Assembly: GCA_963737655.1 (NCBI GenBank)
Contig: CAVTTN010000002.1
Span: 2,880,001 to 2,944,000 of the forward strand
Direction of reading: 5' to 3'
Length of the DNA: 64,000 nucleotides
Origin: an uncultured Planctomycetota bacterium
GTDB lineage: Bacteria; Planctomycetota; Planctomycetia; Isosphaerales; Isosphaeraceae
Shown: positions 1 to 8,195 of the stretch, in pieces
How the letters are laid out: the number at the start of each line of letters is the position of its first letter
Numbering within the stretch: the stretch's first letter is position 1
Notes under the pieces: generated by a model
The model's database searches: none
Seen by the model: only the letters and a program-made list of their open reading frames with translations
Told to the model about the DNA's origin: nothing
Program-made: the position numbers and the translations under genes

Positions 1-2988
1 TCCCCGCCCCGCCGCCCGGGCTCGACGTACCGCCTCCAGCTCCACAAGGGCTTCCGGCTCGAAGATGCCCGCGCCATCGTGCCCTACCTCCGCGACCTCG
101 GCGTGACCGACCTGTACCTGTCGCCCTACCTCGACGCCCGACCCGGCTCGACCCACGGCTACGACGTCTTCGACCACTCGCGGATCAATCCCGAGGTGGG
201 CACCGACGAGGACCACGCCCGGCTCGTGGCCGATCTCGCCCTCGTCGGCATGGGCCGCGTCCTGGACGTGGTCCCCAATCACATGGGCATCAACGGGCCG
301 AATCGCTACTGGCTGGACGTCCTGGAGATGGGGCCGTCGTCCGAGTTCGCCCCGTTCTTCGACATCGACTGGCACCCCGTGAAGGACGAGCTGGATGGAC
401 GGGTCCTCCTGCCGATCCTGGAGGACCAGTACGGCAAGGTCCTCGAAGACGGCAAGCTCGTCCTGGAGCGCCGGGGCGGCGAGTTCGTCCTCCAGTACCA
501 CGAGCGGACGCTCCCCCTGGCGCCCAAGTCCTATTCCTCGATCCTCGGCCGGGCGTCGCGAGAGATCATCTCGCGGTTCGACCCGGACGATCCCCACGTC
601 CTGGAATTCCTGAGCGTCTGGGCCTCGGCCGAGAACATGCCGGATCGGGACGCGACCCGACCCGAAGACGTCGCCCACCGCCACCGGGAGCGCCGGGTGC
701 TCCACCGGCGAATCCGCCGCCTCTGCGAGGAGGCGCCCGAGATCTGCTCGTTGATCGACGCCGGCGTGGCCGGCTTCGCGGGCGTCCCGGGCGAGCCCTC
801 CACGTTCGACCCGCTGCACCGGCTCCTGGAGGAGCAGGCCTACCGCCTGGCCTTCTGGCGGGTGGCCGCCCAGGAAATCAATTATCGACGATTTTTCGAT
901 ATCAACGACCTCGCCGGCCTGAGGACCGAAGACCCCCGCGTCTTCGAAGCGGTCCACGCGCTGATCTTCCGATGGATGGCCGAGGGGGGCGTCACCGGGC
1001 TCCGGATCGACCACCCCGACGGCCTCGCCGACCCACTGGGCTATTTCCAGAGGCTCCAGGAGGCCGCGTTCCTCATCCGCTGCCGGGCCCGGTTCGATGC
1101 CGGGCACGGCGACCCGGCCGACTGGGTCGAGATCGCCCGGGGGCTTCGGAGACGGTTCCGCGAGGCCGCCCGCGAGCCGAATTCGCCCCTGGCCCGGCCC
1201 TCGCCGATCGTGGCCGAAAAGATCCTGAGCCGGGGCGAGGCCCTCCCCGACGGCTGGCCGATCGATGGCACGGTTGGATACGAATATCTCAACGTGATCA
1301 ATGGCCTGTTCATCGATCCCGCGGCCGAGGCGACCCTCGGCGCGACCTACGCCGAGTTCACCGGCGACCGCGAGCCGTTCGCCGAGGTCCTGTACCACGC
1401 CAAGGAGCGGATCGCCAGGGATTCCCTGGTCAGCGAGGTCAACATGCTCGCCCGCCAGCTCAACCGCGTGAGCGAGTTCGACCGCCGGAGCCGGGACTTC
1501 ACCCTGAACGACCTGCGCGTCGGGATCCGCGAAGTGATCGCTTGCTTTCCCGTCTATCGGACGTACCTCCAGCCCGGGCAGCCGCCGTCGGACCGCGATC
1601 GGGGCTACATCGAGCAGGCCGTGGCCCGGGCCCGGAAGAGGAACCCGGGGGTGGACGGCTCGTTGTTCGACTTCCTCCGCTCGGTCCTTTTGCTCGAAGG
1701 CGGAGGGGGCGCGTCGATCGAGGGGCGGTCGCTCGCCGAGACGTTCGTGAAGCGGTTCCAGCAGACCACCGGCCCGATGCAGGCCAAGGGGCTGGAAGAC
1801 ACCGCGTTCTATCGCCAGTACCCCCTGGTCTCGATCAACGAGGTCGGCGCCGACCCGTCGCGGTTCGGGATCTCGCCCTCGGCCTTCCACGCGATGAACG
1901 CCGACCGCCTGGCCCACTGGCCGGGGTCGCTCGGGACTACCGCCACCCACGACACCAAGCGAGGCGAGGACGCGAGGATCCGGATCGACGCCCTCTCCGA
2001 GTTCCCCGAGCGATGGAAGGCCCACCTCGCCCGATGGCAACGGATCAACGCGAGGAAGAAGGTCGAGGTCCGCGGGGCCCCGGCGCCCGACGCTCGCGAG
2101 GAATACCTGCTCTACCAGGCCCTGGTCGGCGGCTGGCCGATCGGCGGCCCCGACGACGCCTCGCCGGAGGGCTTCAGCGATCGCGTGAGCGGCTTCTTCC
2201 TGAAGGCCGTCCGCGAGGCCAAGCTCAACACGAGCTGGTCGGACCCCGAGCCCGACTACGTCCAGGCCCTCGACGCCTTCGTCAAGGCGATCCTCGACGG
2301 ACCCGACGCCTCGGTCTTCATCCGCGACTTCCTCTCGTTCCAGAGGGCGGTCGGGCGAGTCGGGATGGTTCATTCGCTCGCGCAAACGCTCCTGAAGATC
2401 GCCTCGCCCGGCGTGCCGGACGTGTATCAGGGATGCGAACTCTGGGACTTCAGCTTCGTCGATCCCGACAACCGCCGGCCCGTGGATTTCGAGGGCCGGA
2501 GGCGGCTCCTGGAGGGCCTCGACGACGCGATCCGAGCCGGGAAGCCACGCGCCGAAATCGCCCGAGCACTCTTCGCGGCCCCCGAGGACGGCGCGATCAA
2601 GCTCCTGGTCGTCGCGACGGCCCTGCGTCACCGCCACGACAACCAGGCCCTGTATCTGCTCGGCAATTACCGGCCCCTCGACGTCGAGGGAGAGCACCGA
2701 ACGAGGGTCGTCGCCTTCGGCCGCCACCGCGAGGGCAAGGCCGTGATCGTGGCCTCGCCCCGGCTCGTCGCCCCCCTGATGGGCGACGACGCCCTGGCCA
2801 TGCCCCTGGGCCGGGAGGTCTGGAATGACACCCGATTGACACTCCCCGAAGGCCCCATCCCCAGGCTCTGGCGAGACCTCCTGACCGATCGAATCCACGA
2901 GATCGACGAATCGGCCGGCGCCCCGCCCTCGCTCGCCGTCGGCGACCTGTTCCGAGACGTCCCGCTCGCCTTCCTGTCGGCCGAGTGA
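1..2988 (+). CDS. treY: Malto-oligosyltrehalose synthase (GH13), 5' end outside window
   Basis: Frame is open from base 1 (STYRLQLHKGF). Motifs GSTHGYDV, DVVPNHMG, INYRRFFDIN, LRIDHPDGL, THDTKRGED, GVPDVYQG, VDPDNRRPVDF. Confidence 0.95.
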   Translation, partial: SPPRRPGSTYRLQLHKGFRLEDARAIVPYLRDLGVTDLYLSPYLDARPGSTHGYDVFDHSRINPEVGTDEDHARLVADLALVGMGRVLDVVPNHMGINGPNRYWLDVLEMGPSSEFAPFFDIDWHPVKDELDGRVLLPILEDQYGKVLEDGKLVLERRGGEFVLQYHERTLPLAPKSYSSILGRASREIISRFDPDDPHVLEFLSVWASAENMPDRDATRPEDVAHRHRERRVLHRRIRRLCEEAPEICSLIDAGVAGFAGVPGEPSTFDPLHRLLEEQAYRLAFWRVAAQEINYRRFFDINDLAGLRTEDPRVFEAVHALIFRWMAEGGVTGLRIDHPDGLADPLGYFQRLQEAAFLIRCRARFDAGHGDPADWVEIARGLRRRFREAAREPNSPLARPSPIVAEKILSRGEALPDGWPIDGTVGYEYLNVINGLFIDPAAEATLGATYAEFTGDREPFAEVLYHAKERIARDSLVSEVNMLARQLNRVSEFDRRSRDFTLNDLRVGIREVIACFPVYRTYLQPGQPPSDRDRGYIEQAVARARKRNPGVDGSLFDFLRSVLLLEGGGGASIEGRSLAETFVKRFQQTTGPMQAKGLEDTAFYRQYPLVSINEVGADPSRFGISPSAFHAMNADRLAHWPGSLGTTATHDTKRGEDARIRIDALSEFPERWKAHLARWQRINARKKVEVRGAPAPDAREEYLLYQALVGGWPIGGPDDASPEGFSDRVSGFFLKAVREAKLNTSWSDPEPDYVQALDAFVKAILDGPDASVFIRDFLSFQRAVGRVGMVHSLAQTLLKIASPGVPDVYQGCELWDFSFVDPDNRRPVDFEGRRRLLEGLDDAIRAGKPRAEIARALFAAPEDGAIKLLVVATALRHRHDNQALYLLGNYRPLDVEGEHRTRVVAFGRHREGKAVIVASPRLVAPLMGDDALAMPLGREVWNDTRLTLPEGPIPRLWRDLLTDRIHEIDESAGAPPSLAVGDLFRDVPLAFLSAE

Positions 2989-3028
2989 TGCCTGTTGGGT
3001 ACGGATGGAAAAAATCGTGTCGGAGCTA

Positions 3029-3165
3029 CTCTGCAGAAAACCCCGTCGAGAATGAGGAAACGAGTAGGTCCGACTTCAGTCGGGCCTCCAAAAGGTTTTG
3101 TTATGTAGGCCCGACTGAAGTCGGGCCTACTCGATCGCTGACTCCCAGCGGGGCCTGCTGCAGAG
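3029..3165. repeat. REP/REPIN-like inverted-repeat element, family A (GTAGGTCCGACTTCAGTCGGGCC), between convergent genes
   Basis: cgagtaggtccgacttcagtcgggcct (3061-3087) pairs with aggcccgactgaagtcgggcctactcg (3107-3133), with outer imperfect arms. A near-identical copy lies at 25986-26126. Confidence 0.85.
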
Positions 3166-3240
3166 GATGTCGGATCCATTTTCTTCACGAACATTGATCC
3201 GACACCCTTTTCATTCCCCCGCCCCGCGACCGCCCCTCGC

Positions 3241-6200
3241 TCAACGCTCCGGGGCCGCGATCAGCTCCACGCCGGCCGTGGTCTTGCCGGGCTCGACGGT
3301 CACGACGCGAGTGGTCCCCTTGGGGGCCTGCTCGGCGTCCAGCCAGAACGGGGCGACCTGGACGAACTGCTCTCCGGGCCTCACGAACCTGAGCTCGAAG
3401 GTGCCGTCGGCCTTCGTCTTCGTGGTCGGGTCGTAATAGCGGTTCTCGGATTTGTCGGTCGGCTCGGCCCGGACCTCACGCTCGGCCACCGGCTTGCCCC
3501 GGGCGTCCACGACCCGCCCGGTGACGGTCCCGGGGCGGTTCAAGAGGATGGTCACGTCCTCGATCAACTGCCCGGGCGTGGTCTTCATCGGCGGGGCCAC
3601 GCCGTTGGCCCAGTTCCGCCATTGTTCATATTTGCCGTCATGGGCCACGAGGTTGTATTCCGAGTCCCCGCTCGCCGGCAGGAGCGCGACGAACCGGCCG
3701 TCCCCGTCGGTCTCGACGCTGAACCGGGTGTCGCCGGTCAACGAGTTGCCCGACCCCGTGAGCGCCGGCGCCACCGTGGCCCCGGCCACGGGCTTGCCGT
3801 CGGGATCGACGACCTTCCCCCGGATCGTCACGGCCATCTCGAACACGACCTTGACGGGCGCCATCCCGGGCGTCATGTCGAAGTCCAGGCCGTCGAAGTT
3901 CCTCTGGAAGCTCCGGCCGTGAAATCCTTCCTTCTGGAATCGTGACCACTCGCTCACGCACGAATCCGACCACCAGCGCACATATCCCTTGGCCTCGACC
4001 TGATCGAAGTTGATCCGACCCGGCATGACGAACGGGATGCGGATCGTGCCCTCGGCGTCCGAGATGCCCGAGACGCCCGGGTTCTGCCAGACCGAGAGCG
4101 TCGCGCCGCGGATCGGGGTGCCGGTCAGGCTATCCACGGCCTTCGCCACGAAGGTCACGCCCTCGTTCAGGGTGATGTCGAGCGGTCGGACCTGGTCGGC
4201 CGCGATGCTCTGGCCCTGCATCCTCGCCACGCCCTTGCCGGGCACGCGGACCTGGATATCGTAGCCCGCCGGCTCGACGTACAGCCGATAGCGGCCGTCC
4301 TTGCCGGATCTCGTCTCGGTCGTGCATTCGGAGAGCATGAACCCGGCGGCCCGGCGAGGCCCGCTGTCGGCCCGGATCGGGGCATCGGCCACGGGCGAGC
4401 CGTCGGGGGCGATCACCTTCCCCTCGAAATAGGTCGAGTTGCCCAGGACCACGACCCACCCCGGCTCGCCGACGACCTTGTCGAGATGAAACTGCGTCTC
4501 ATATCCCGGCTTGCTCACGCGAACCTCGATCTTGTTGCCCGGGATGAAGTCCTTGTATTTGAAGAAGCCATCGGCGTCGGTCTTCGTGTGATAGTTGGGC
4601 ATCCAGTGAAACACGGCGACCTCGGCCCCCTCGATCGGCTTGCCGCCGGAATCGACCACGCGGCCGGCGAACTCGTCCCGGGCGACCTTTTGAGGCCCTC
4701 GCACGTCCCCCTTCGGCAACGCCGGGACCTTGATGACGACCTCGCCCGAGGCGTCCGGGACGGCGCGGACCTCCTCGGTCCGCCCATCGGCCAACTCAAC
4801 CTGGAAGCTCGCGGCCTGGTTCAGAGAGAACTCGGCCCCGGGCCTCTCATCCAGGCGGAACCGGCCCTGAGCGTCGGCTATCCCGCTCGGCTGATTCATG
4901 GGCATGCAGCGGAACTGGTCGCAGACGCCGACGATGCTCGCCCCGGGCAAGGGGCGGCCCTTCGCATCCACAATCGTGCCCGAAATGCCCGCCGCCGGGA
5001 CCATCGTGAACGTGGGGAGGGCGAACGTCCCGGCGTTTTCGGGGATCGTGACGAGCCGTCCCGACCGATCCTCGTCGCTGGCGAGGAAGCCCTTCACCGA
5101 GCCACCCGGAGAGATTCGGCTCGTCCCGGGAGGCATCCGCAAGCGATATCGCCCGTCGGCATCCGTCGCGACCGTCGGCCCGGAATGCCCGGTCTCCGGG
5201 TCGACGGCCCGCATCGGGACGCCCGGGATCGGCTTGCCGAGGGTCGAATGGACCCGCCCTTCGGCCATCACGCCGGGGCTCAACGTCACGGTCGTCTCCG
5301 CGGTGTTTCCCGATCCGACCTCGACGATCGGGGGACGAGCGATCCATTTCGAGGTATCGTCGCCCATTCCCACCGTCACGGCCACCCGGCCGGGGAAGAG
5401 CCCGTCGAACTCGAAACGGCCCTCGGCGTCCGCGAACGTCTCGGCCGCATTGGAATCGTCGAAGTCCGAGGCCGAGCGGACGCTCTTCACGCCGACGGCC
5501 CGTCCGCCAACGTCCACGCCCGGCACCTTCGTCTCGATCCGCCCGACCAGCCTCGCCGCCGGGATGGCGGTGAACGTCGAGGGGGAATCGGCCGAACTCT
5601 CCACGCATCCCAGCCGAGAGGACGGCGCGCCTCGTCCCGGCTTCTTCTCGACCCTCATCCGCGCCCCATCGGCGGCGACGATTTCCAGACGCGCCGCGAC
5701 CCCCTCCTGAAGGTTCGGCACTTTCGCAAGCCCCGAAGTGTCCGTCTTCGCCTCCAGGAGGCCGGCGAAGGCGGTCCCCTCGAGGTGTCTCGGGCGGTAG
5801 TAGGCGAAAGAGGTCATCGTGTGGTCGCCCGAGGTGGTCGAATAACTCGTGATCTCGACCCGGACCGTCGCGCCAACCAGCGGGTTCCCCTCACGATTCA
5901 CGAACCGGGCGACGAACGGCGAGGGCCGAGCAAGTCGGAACGCGTTGGAACGCTCCCGGCCGACGAAGTTGGTCCGGGTCGAGACCGCATACCCGGCCTT
6001 GTGGACGAAGACGGCATACTGGCTCAAGCCCTCCGGCGCCTCGACCCGGAAATCGCCGTTCCCGTCCGTCCTCCCCGAGATTTTTCGGACCTCCTTCCCA
6101 TCGACGACCACGAGGACATCGGCCCCCTCGATCGGGTGGCCGTCGGAATCATCGACCCTCCCGACCACAACCGCCTTCCTCTTCTCCTCCTTGGCGTTCT

Positions 6201-7347
6201 CCGCGTCTTGGCGGTTCACATCCTCGACCCGAGGAGGGTCCCCGGGCTCGACGGCCCGGACCCTCAGCCCTCCGATCGGCACGGCCAGGGCGATCAGGAT
6301 CAGCGAAGGGCCGAGGATTCGGCCTGGGGAGGCGGGGGCGAGGGTCCGGGGCATGTCGTCCTCCAAAAGACGGCGGATGCGATCTCCGATCGAGCCTCGG
6401 CTGAACAGGGGGAGGGCCGGCGTCCTCAGCCGGCCGGGCTTTCGGGCGAACTCCAGGAGCGTCCGGGCGAAGTCTCTCGGGTCGATCCCCCGCCGGACGG
6501 CCGCCTCGTCGCTGAGGAGCTCGGCCTCGCGGTCGATCCTCGCCAGGAGCCACGCCACTCCGGGATGGAAGAAGAACGCCGAGCGGACCAGCTCGCCCAG
6601 GAGCTTCCCGCGATCGTCCCTCCGGGCCAGGTGGTCGAGCTCGTGGAGGAGGCAGGCCCTCTGGGCCGACTCGGGAAGCTCCGGCCAGTCCCCTGGGACC
6701 AGGACCATCGGCCTCCAACCGCCCACCGCGATCGGCGACAGGACCTCGCGATGAATCCGCAGGACGATCATTCGATTCGTCCCGATCTCGGACAGGCACG
6801 AGGCGAACACCCCAAGGGCCACGCCGCCCGGGTCCTCCGAGGTCCGTCGAAGTCGGGCTAACGACCGGATCGCGACGGCGAGGCGGATCAACCCGACGCT
6901 CATTCCGGCGAGCCAGGAGAAGGCCAGGGCTCGAAGGGCCGACAGTTTCATGTCGACCGGCGAGACCTTCGGCCCGGGAGGACCGGGCCGCGGATTCGGC
7001 GCCCTTCTCGGGGCCATCACGACGACCCCCGGCCCACTCGGCGGCGGAAGCCGGGGCATCGAGGTCGGCACCGGCTCGGTCGAGACCCGGGGCGGCGGCG
7101 ATGTCTCGACCCGGGCCGGCTCCGGCCTCGCCGGGACCGTCCAGCGGGCCTCGACCCGAGGGAACACCGGGATCAACACCCCGAGGGCCAGCGAGGCCCG
7201 CCCCAGCCAGTGGCGGCTCGCGGCGGTTTTCGGGGGCGACCAGGCGAACCACCCGGCGAGGACGGCGATCAGGACGCCCCAGCGGACCGACCAGTCCGCC
7301 AGGAGGCCGACCAACCCGGCGACGAACCCATCCAGCAAGTCCATCAT
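3241..7347 (-). CDS. BlaR1/MecR1-type M56 family metallopeptidase with multiple carboxypeptidase-regulatory-like beta domains
   Basis: N-terminal TM helices, HELDH zinc motif, FFFHPGVAWL and EAELLSDE motifs, repeated G.VVD..G.P..GA.V units. Start at 7347 overlaps the stop of the BlaI gene (ATGA). Confidence 0.85.
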   Translation of the reverse strand: MMDLLDGFVAGLVGLLADWSVRWGVLIAVLAGWFAWSPPKTAASRHWLGRASLALGVLIPVFPRVEARWTVPARPEPARVETSPPPRVSTEPVPTSMPRLPPPSGPGVVVMAPRRAPNPRPGPPGPKVSPVDMKLSALRALAFSWLAGMSVGLIRLAVAIRSLARLRRTSEDPGGVALGVFASCLSEIGTNRMIVLRIHREVLSPIAVGGWRPMVLVPGDWPELPESAQRACLLHELDHLARRDDRGKLLGELVRSAFFFHPGVAWLLARIDREAELLSDEAAVRRGIDPRDFARTLLEFARKPGRLRTPALPLFSRGSIGDRIRRLLEDDMPRTLAPASPGRILGPSLILIALAVPIGGLRVRAVEPGDPPRVEDVNRQDAENAKEEKRKAVVVGRVDDSDGHPIEGADVLVVVDGKEVRKISGRTDGNGDFRVEAPEGLSQYAVFVHKAGYAVSTRTNFVGRERSNAFRLARPSPFVARFVNREGNPLVGATVRVEITSYSTTSGDHTMTSFAYYRPRHLEGTAFAGLLEAKTDTSGLAKVPNLQEGVAARLEIVAADGARMRVEKKPGRGAPSSRLGCVESSADSPSTFTAIPAARLVGRIETKVPGVDVGGRAVGVKSVRSASDFDDSNAAETFADAEGRFEFDGLFPGRVAVTVGMGDDTSKWIARPPIVEVGSGNTAETTVTLSPGVMAEGRVHSTLGKPIPGVPMRAVDPETGHSGPTVATDADGRYRLRMPPGTSRISPGGSVKGFLASDEDRSGRLVTIPENAGTFALPTFTMVPAAGISGTIVDAKGRPLPGASIVGVCDQFRCMPMNQPSGIADAQGRFRLDERPGAEFSLNQAASFQVELADGRTEEVRAVPDASGEVVIKVPALPKGDVRGPQKVARDEFAGRVVDSGGKPIEGAEVAVFHWMPNYHTKTDADGFFKYKDFIPGNKIEVRVSKPGYETQFHLDKVVGEPGWVVVLGNSTYFEGKVIAPDGSPVADAPIRADSGPRRAAGFMLSECTTETRSGKDGRYRLYVEPAGYDIQVRVPGKGVARMQGQSIAADQVRPLDITLNEGVTFVAKAVDSLTGTPIRGATLSVWQNPGVSGISDAEGTIRIPFVMPGRINFDQVEAKGYVRWWSDSCVSEWSRFQKEGFHGRSFQRNFDGLDFDMTPGMAPVKVVFEMAVTIRGKVVDPDGKPVAGATVAPALTGSGNSLTGDTRFSVETDGDGRFVALLPASGDSEYNLVAHDGKYEQWRNWANGVAPPMKTTPGQLIEDVTILLNRPGTVTGRVVDARGKPVAEREVRAEPTDKSENRYYDPTTKTKADGTFELRFVRPGEQFVQVAPFWLDAEQAPKGTTRVVTVEPGKTTAGVELIAAPER

Positions 7348-7751
7348 CGTGGCGGCCCCCCTTCCCCGTCCTCCGATTCCTTCCGGGCGAGCACCTCGTC
7401 GAGCGTCTTGAGCGTCTCGGGGGCGATTTGTTCCGAATCGACCAGCCCGAGGACCAGCCGTTCGGCCGACCCGAGGAAGAACCGGCGGACGAAGTCCGAA
7501 AGCAGGTCGCCGGTCGCCTCGCGTTCGGAGAGCAAGGGCCGATACCGATGCGCCTGGTTTTCCTTGTCGTGGGCGACCAGCCCGGCCTTTTCCATCCCCT
7601 GGAGGAGGCCCAGGACCGTCGTATACGGCTGGGATTCGCCGCCCGGGAGCCGTTCCAGGAGTTCCCGGATCGTCAAAGGCCCCCGTTCCCACAAAACCCG
7701 CAAAACCGCGAACTGGCGATCGGTGATCGCGATCGTCTTCCGCCCAGCCAT
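7344..7751 (-). CDS. BlaI/MecI/CopY family transcriptional repressor
   Basis: ITDRQFAVLRVLWERG...YTTVLGLLQGMEKAGLV...HRYRP...FFLGS, directly upstream of the M56 gene. Confidence 0.92.
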   Translation of the reverse strand: MAGRKTIAITDRQFAVLRVLWERGPLTIRELLERLPGGESQPYTTVLGLLQGMEKAGLVAHDKENQAHRYRPLLSEREATGDLLSDFVRRFFLGSAERLVLGLVDSEQIAPETLKTLDEVLARKESEDGEGGPPR

Positions 7752-7789
7752 CGTTCGATCCCTCCCCGGCAAGCTCACGGATGGTTCAG

Positions 7790-7823
7790 TACGGATTGTT
7801 GCGTAGGACGACTGTCGAGTCAA
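7790..7823 (-). promoter_or_regulatory. Candidate sigma70 promoter of the BlaI-M56 operon overlapped by a TACG-N8-CGTA palindrome (putative BlaI operator)
   Basis: Minus strand TTGACT-17 bp-AACAAT. Palindrome tacggattgttgcgta at 7790-7805 covers the -10. Confidence 0.5.
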
Positions 7824-7917
7824 GTGCCCATGCCGAAGGATTTCGGAGAAGCGATCGGAGCCAGCGACCGAGGAAGGCCACTGGTTCCCGTTTCCCGAGG
7901 GAAAACCGCCCATCCCC

Positions 7918-7946
7918 TTGACAGGAACGAGTCCCGAGGAAAGAAT
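7918..7946 (+). promoter_or_regulatory. Sigma70-like promoter of tRNA-Glu
   Basis: TTGACA (7918-7923), 17 bp spacer, AAGAAT (7941-7946), about 20 bp upstream of the tRNA. Confidence 0.65.
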
Positions 7947-7965
7947 GGAACTCGTCAGCGAATCG

Positions 7966-8038
7966 GCCCCCATCGTCTAGTGGCCTAGGATACTAGGTTC
8001 TCAGCCTAGGGACCGGGGTTCGAGTCCCCGTGGGGGTA
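7966..8038 (+). tRNA. tRNA-Glu (anticodon CTC), CCA not encoded
   Basis: Acceptor GCCCCCA/TGGGGGT, D-arm GTCTAGTGGCCTAGGAT, anticodon arm CTAGG-TTCTCAG-CCTAG, T-arm CGGGG-TTCGAGT-CCCCG. Confidence 0.95.
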
Positions 8039-8053
8039 TCCCGAAAGGGCATC

Positions 8054-8090
8054 AGGGCTTGCGTCCGCCGGACGCAAGCCCTTTTTTTGT
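8054..8090 (+). terminator. Rho-independent terminator after tRNA-Glu
   Basis: Hairpin agggcttgcgtcc-gcc-ggacgcaagccct followed by a T run. Confidence 0.85.
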
Positions 8091-8195
8091 TCCTGGCCTG
8101 GAAGGATCAACGCCGCTTGCGGTGTGGTAGGATGGTTGCGTCGCGAGCGCGTCAGGGACGGCTTGGAGTCGGGCCGGTTGGGCATGGAGGTTCCT

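Noticed and set aside
2985..3197. Small ORFs spanning the hairpin repeats (also 25514-26101 and 51357-51791)
   Set aside because: These are translations of REP/MITE DNA; shared peptides such as GPTEVGPTR simply reflect the repeat.
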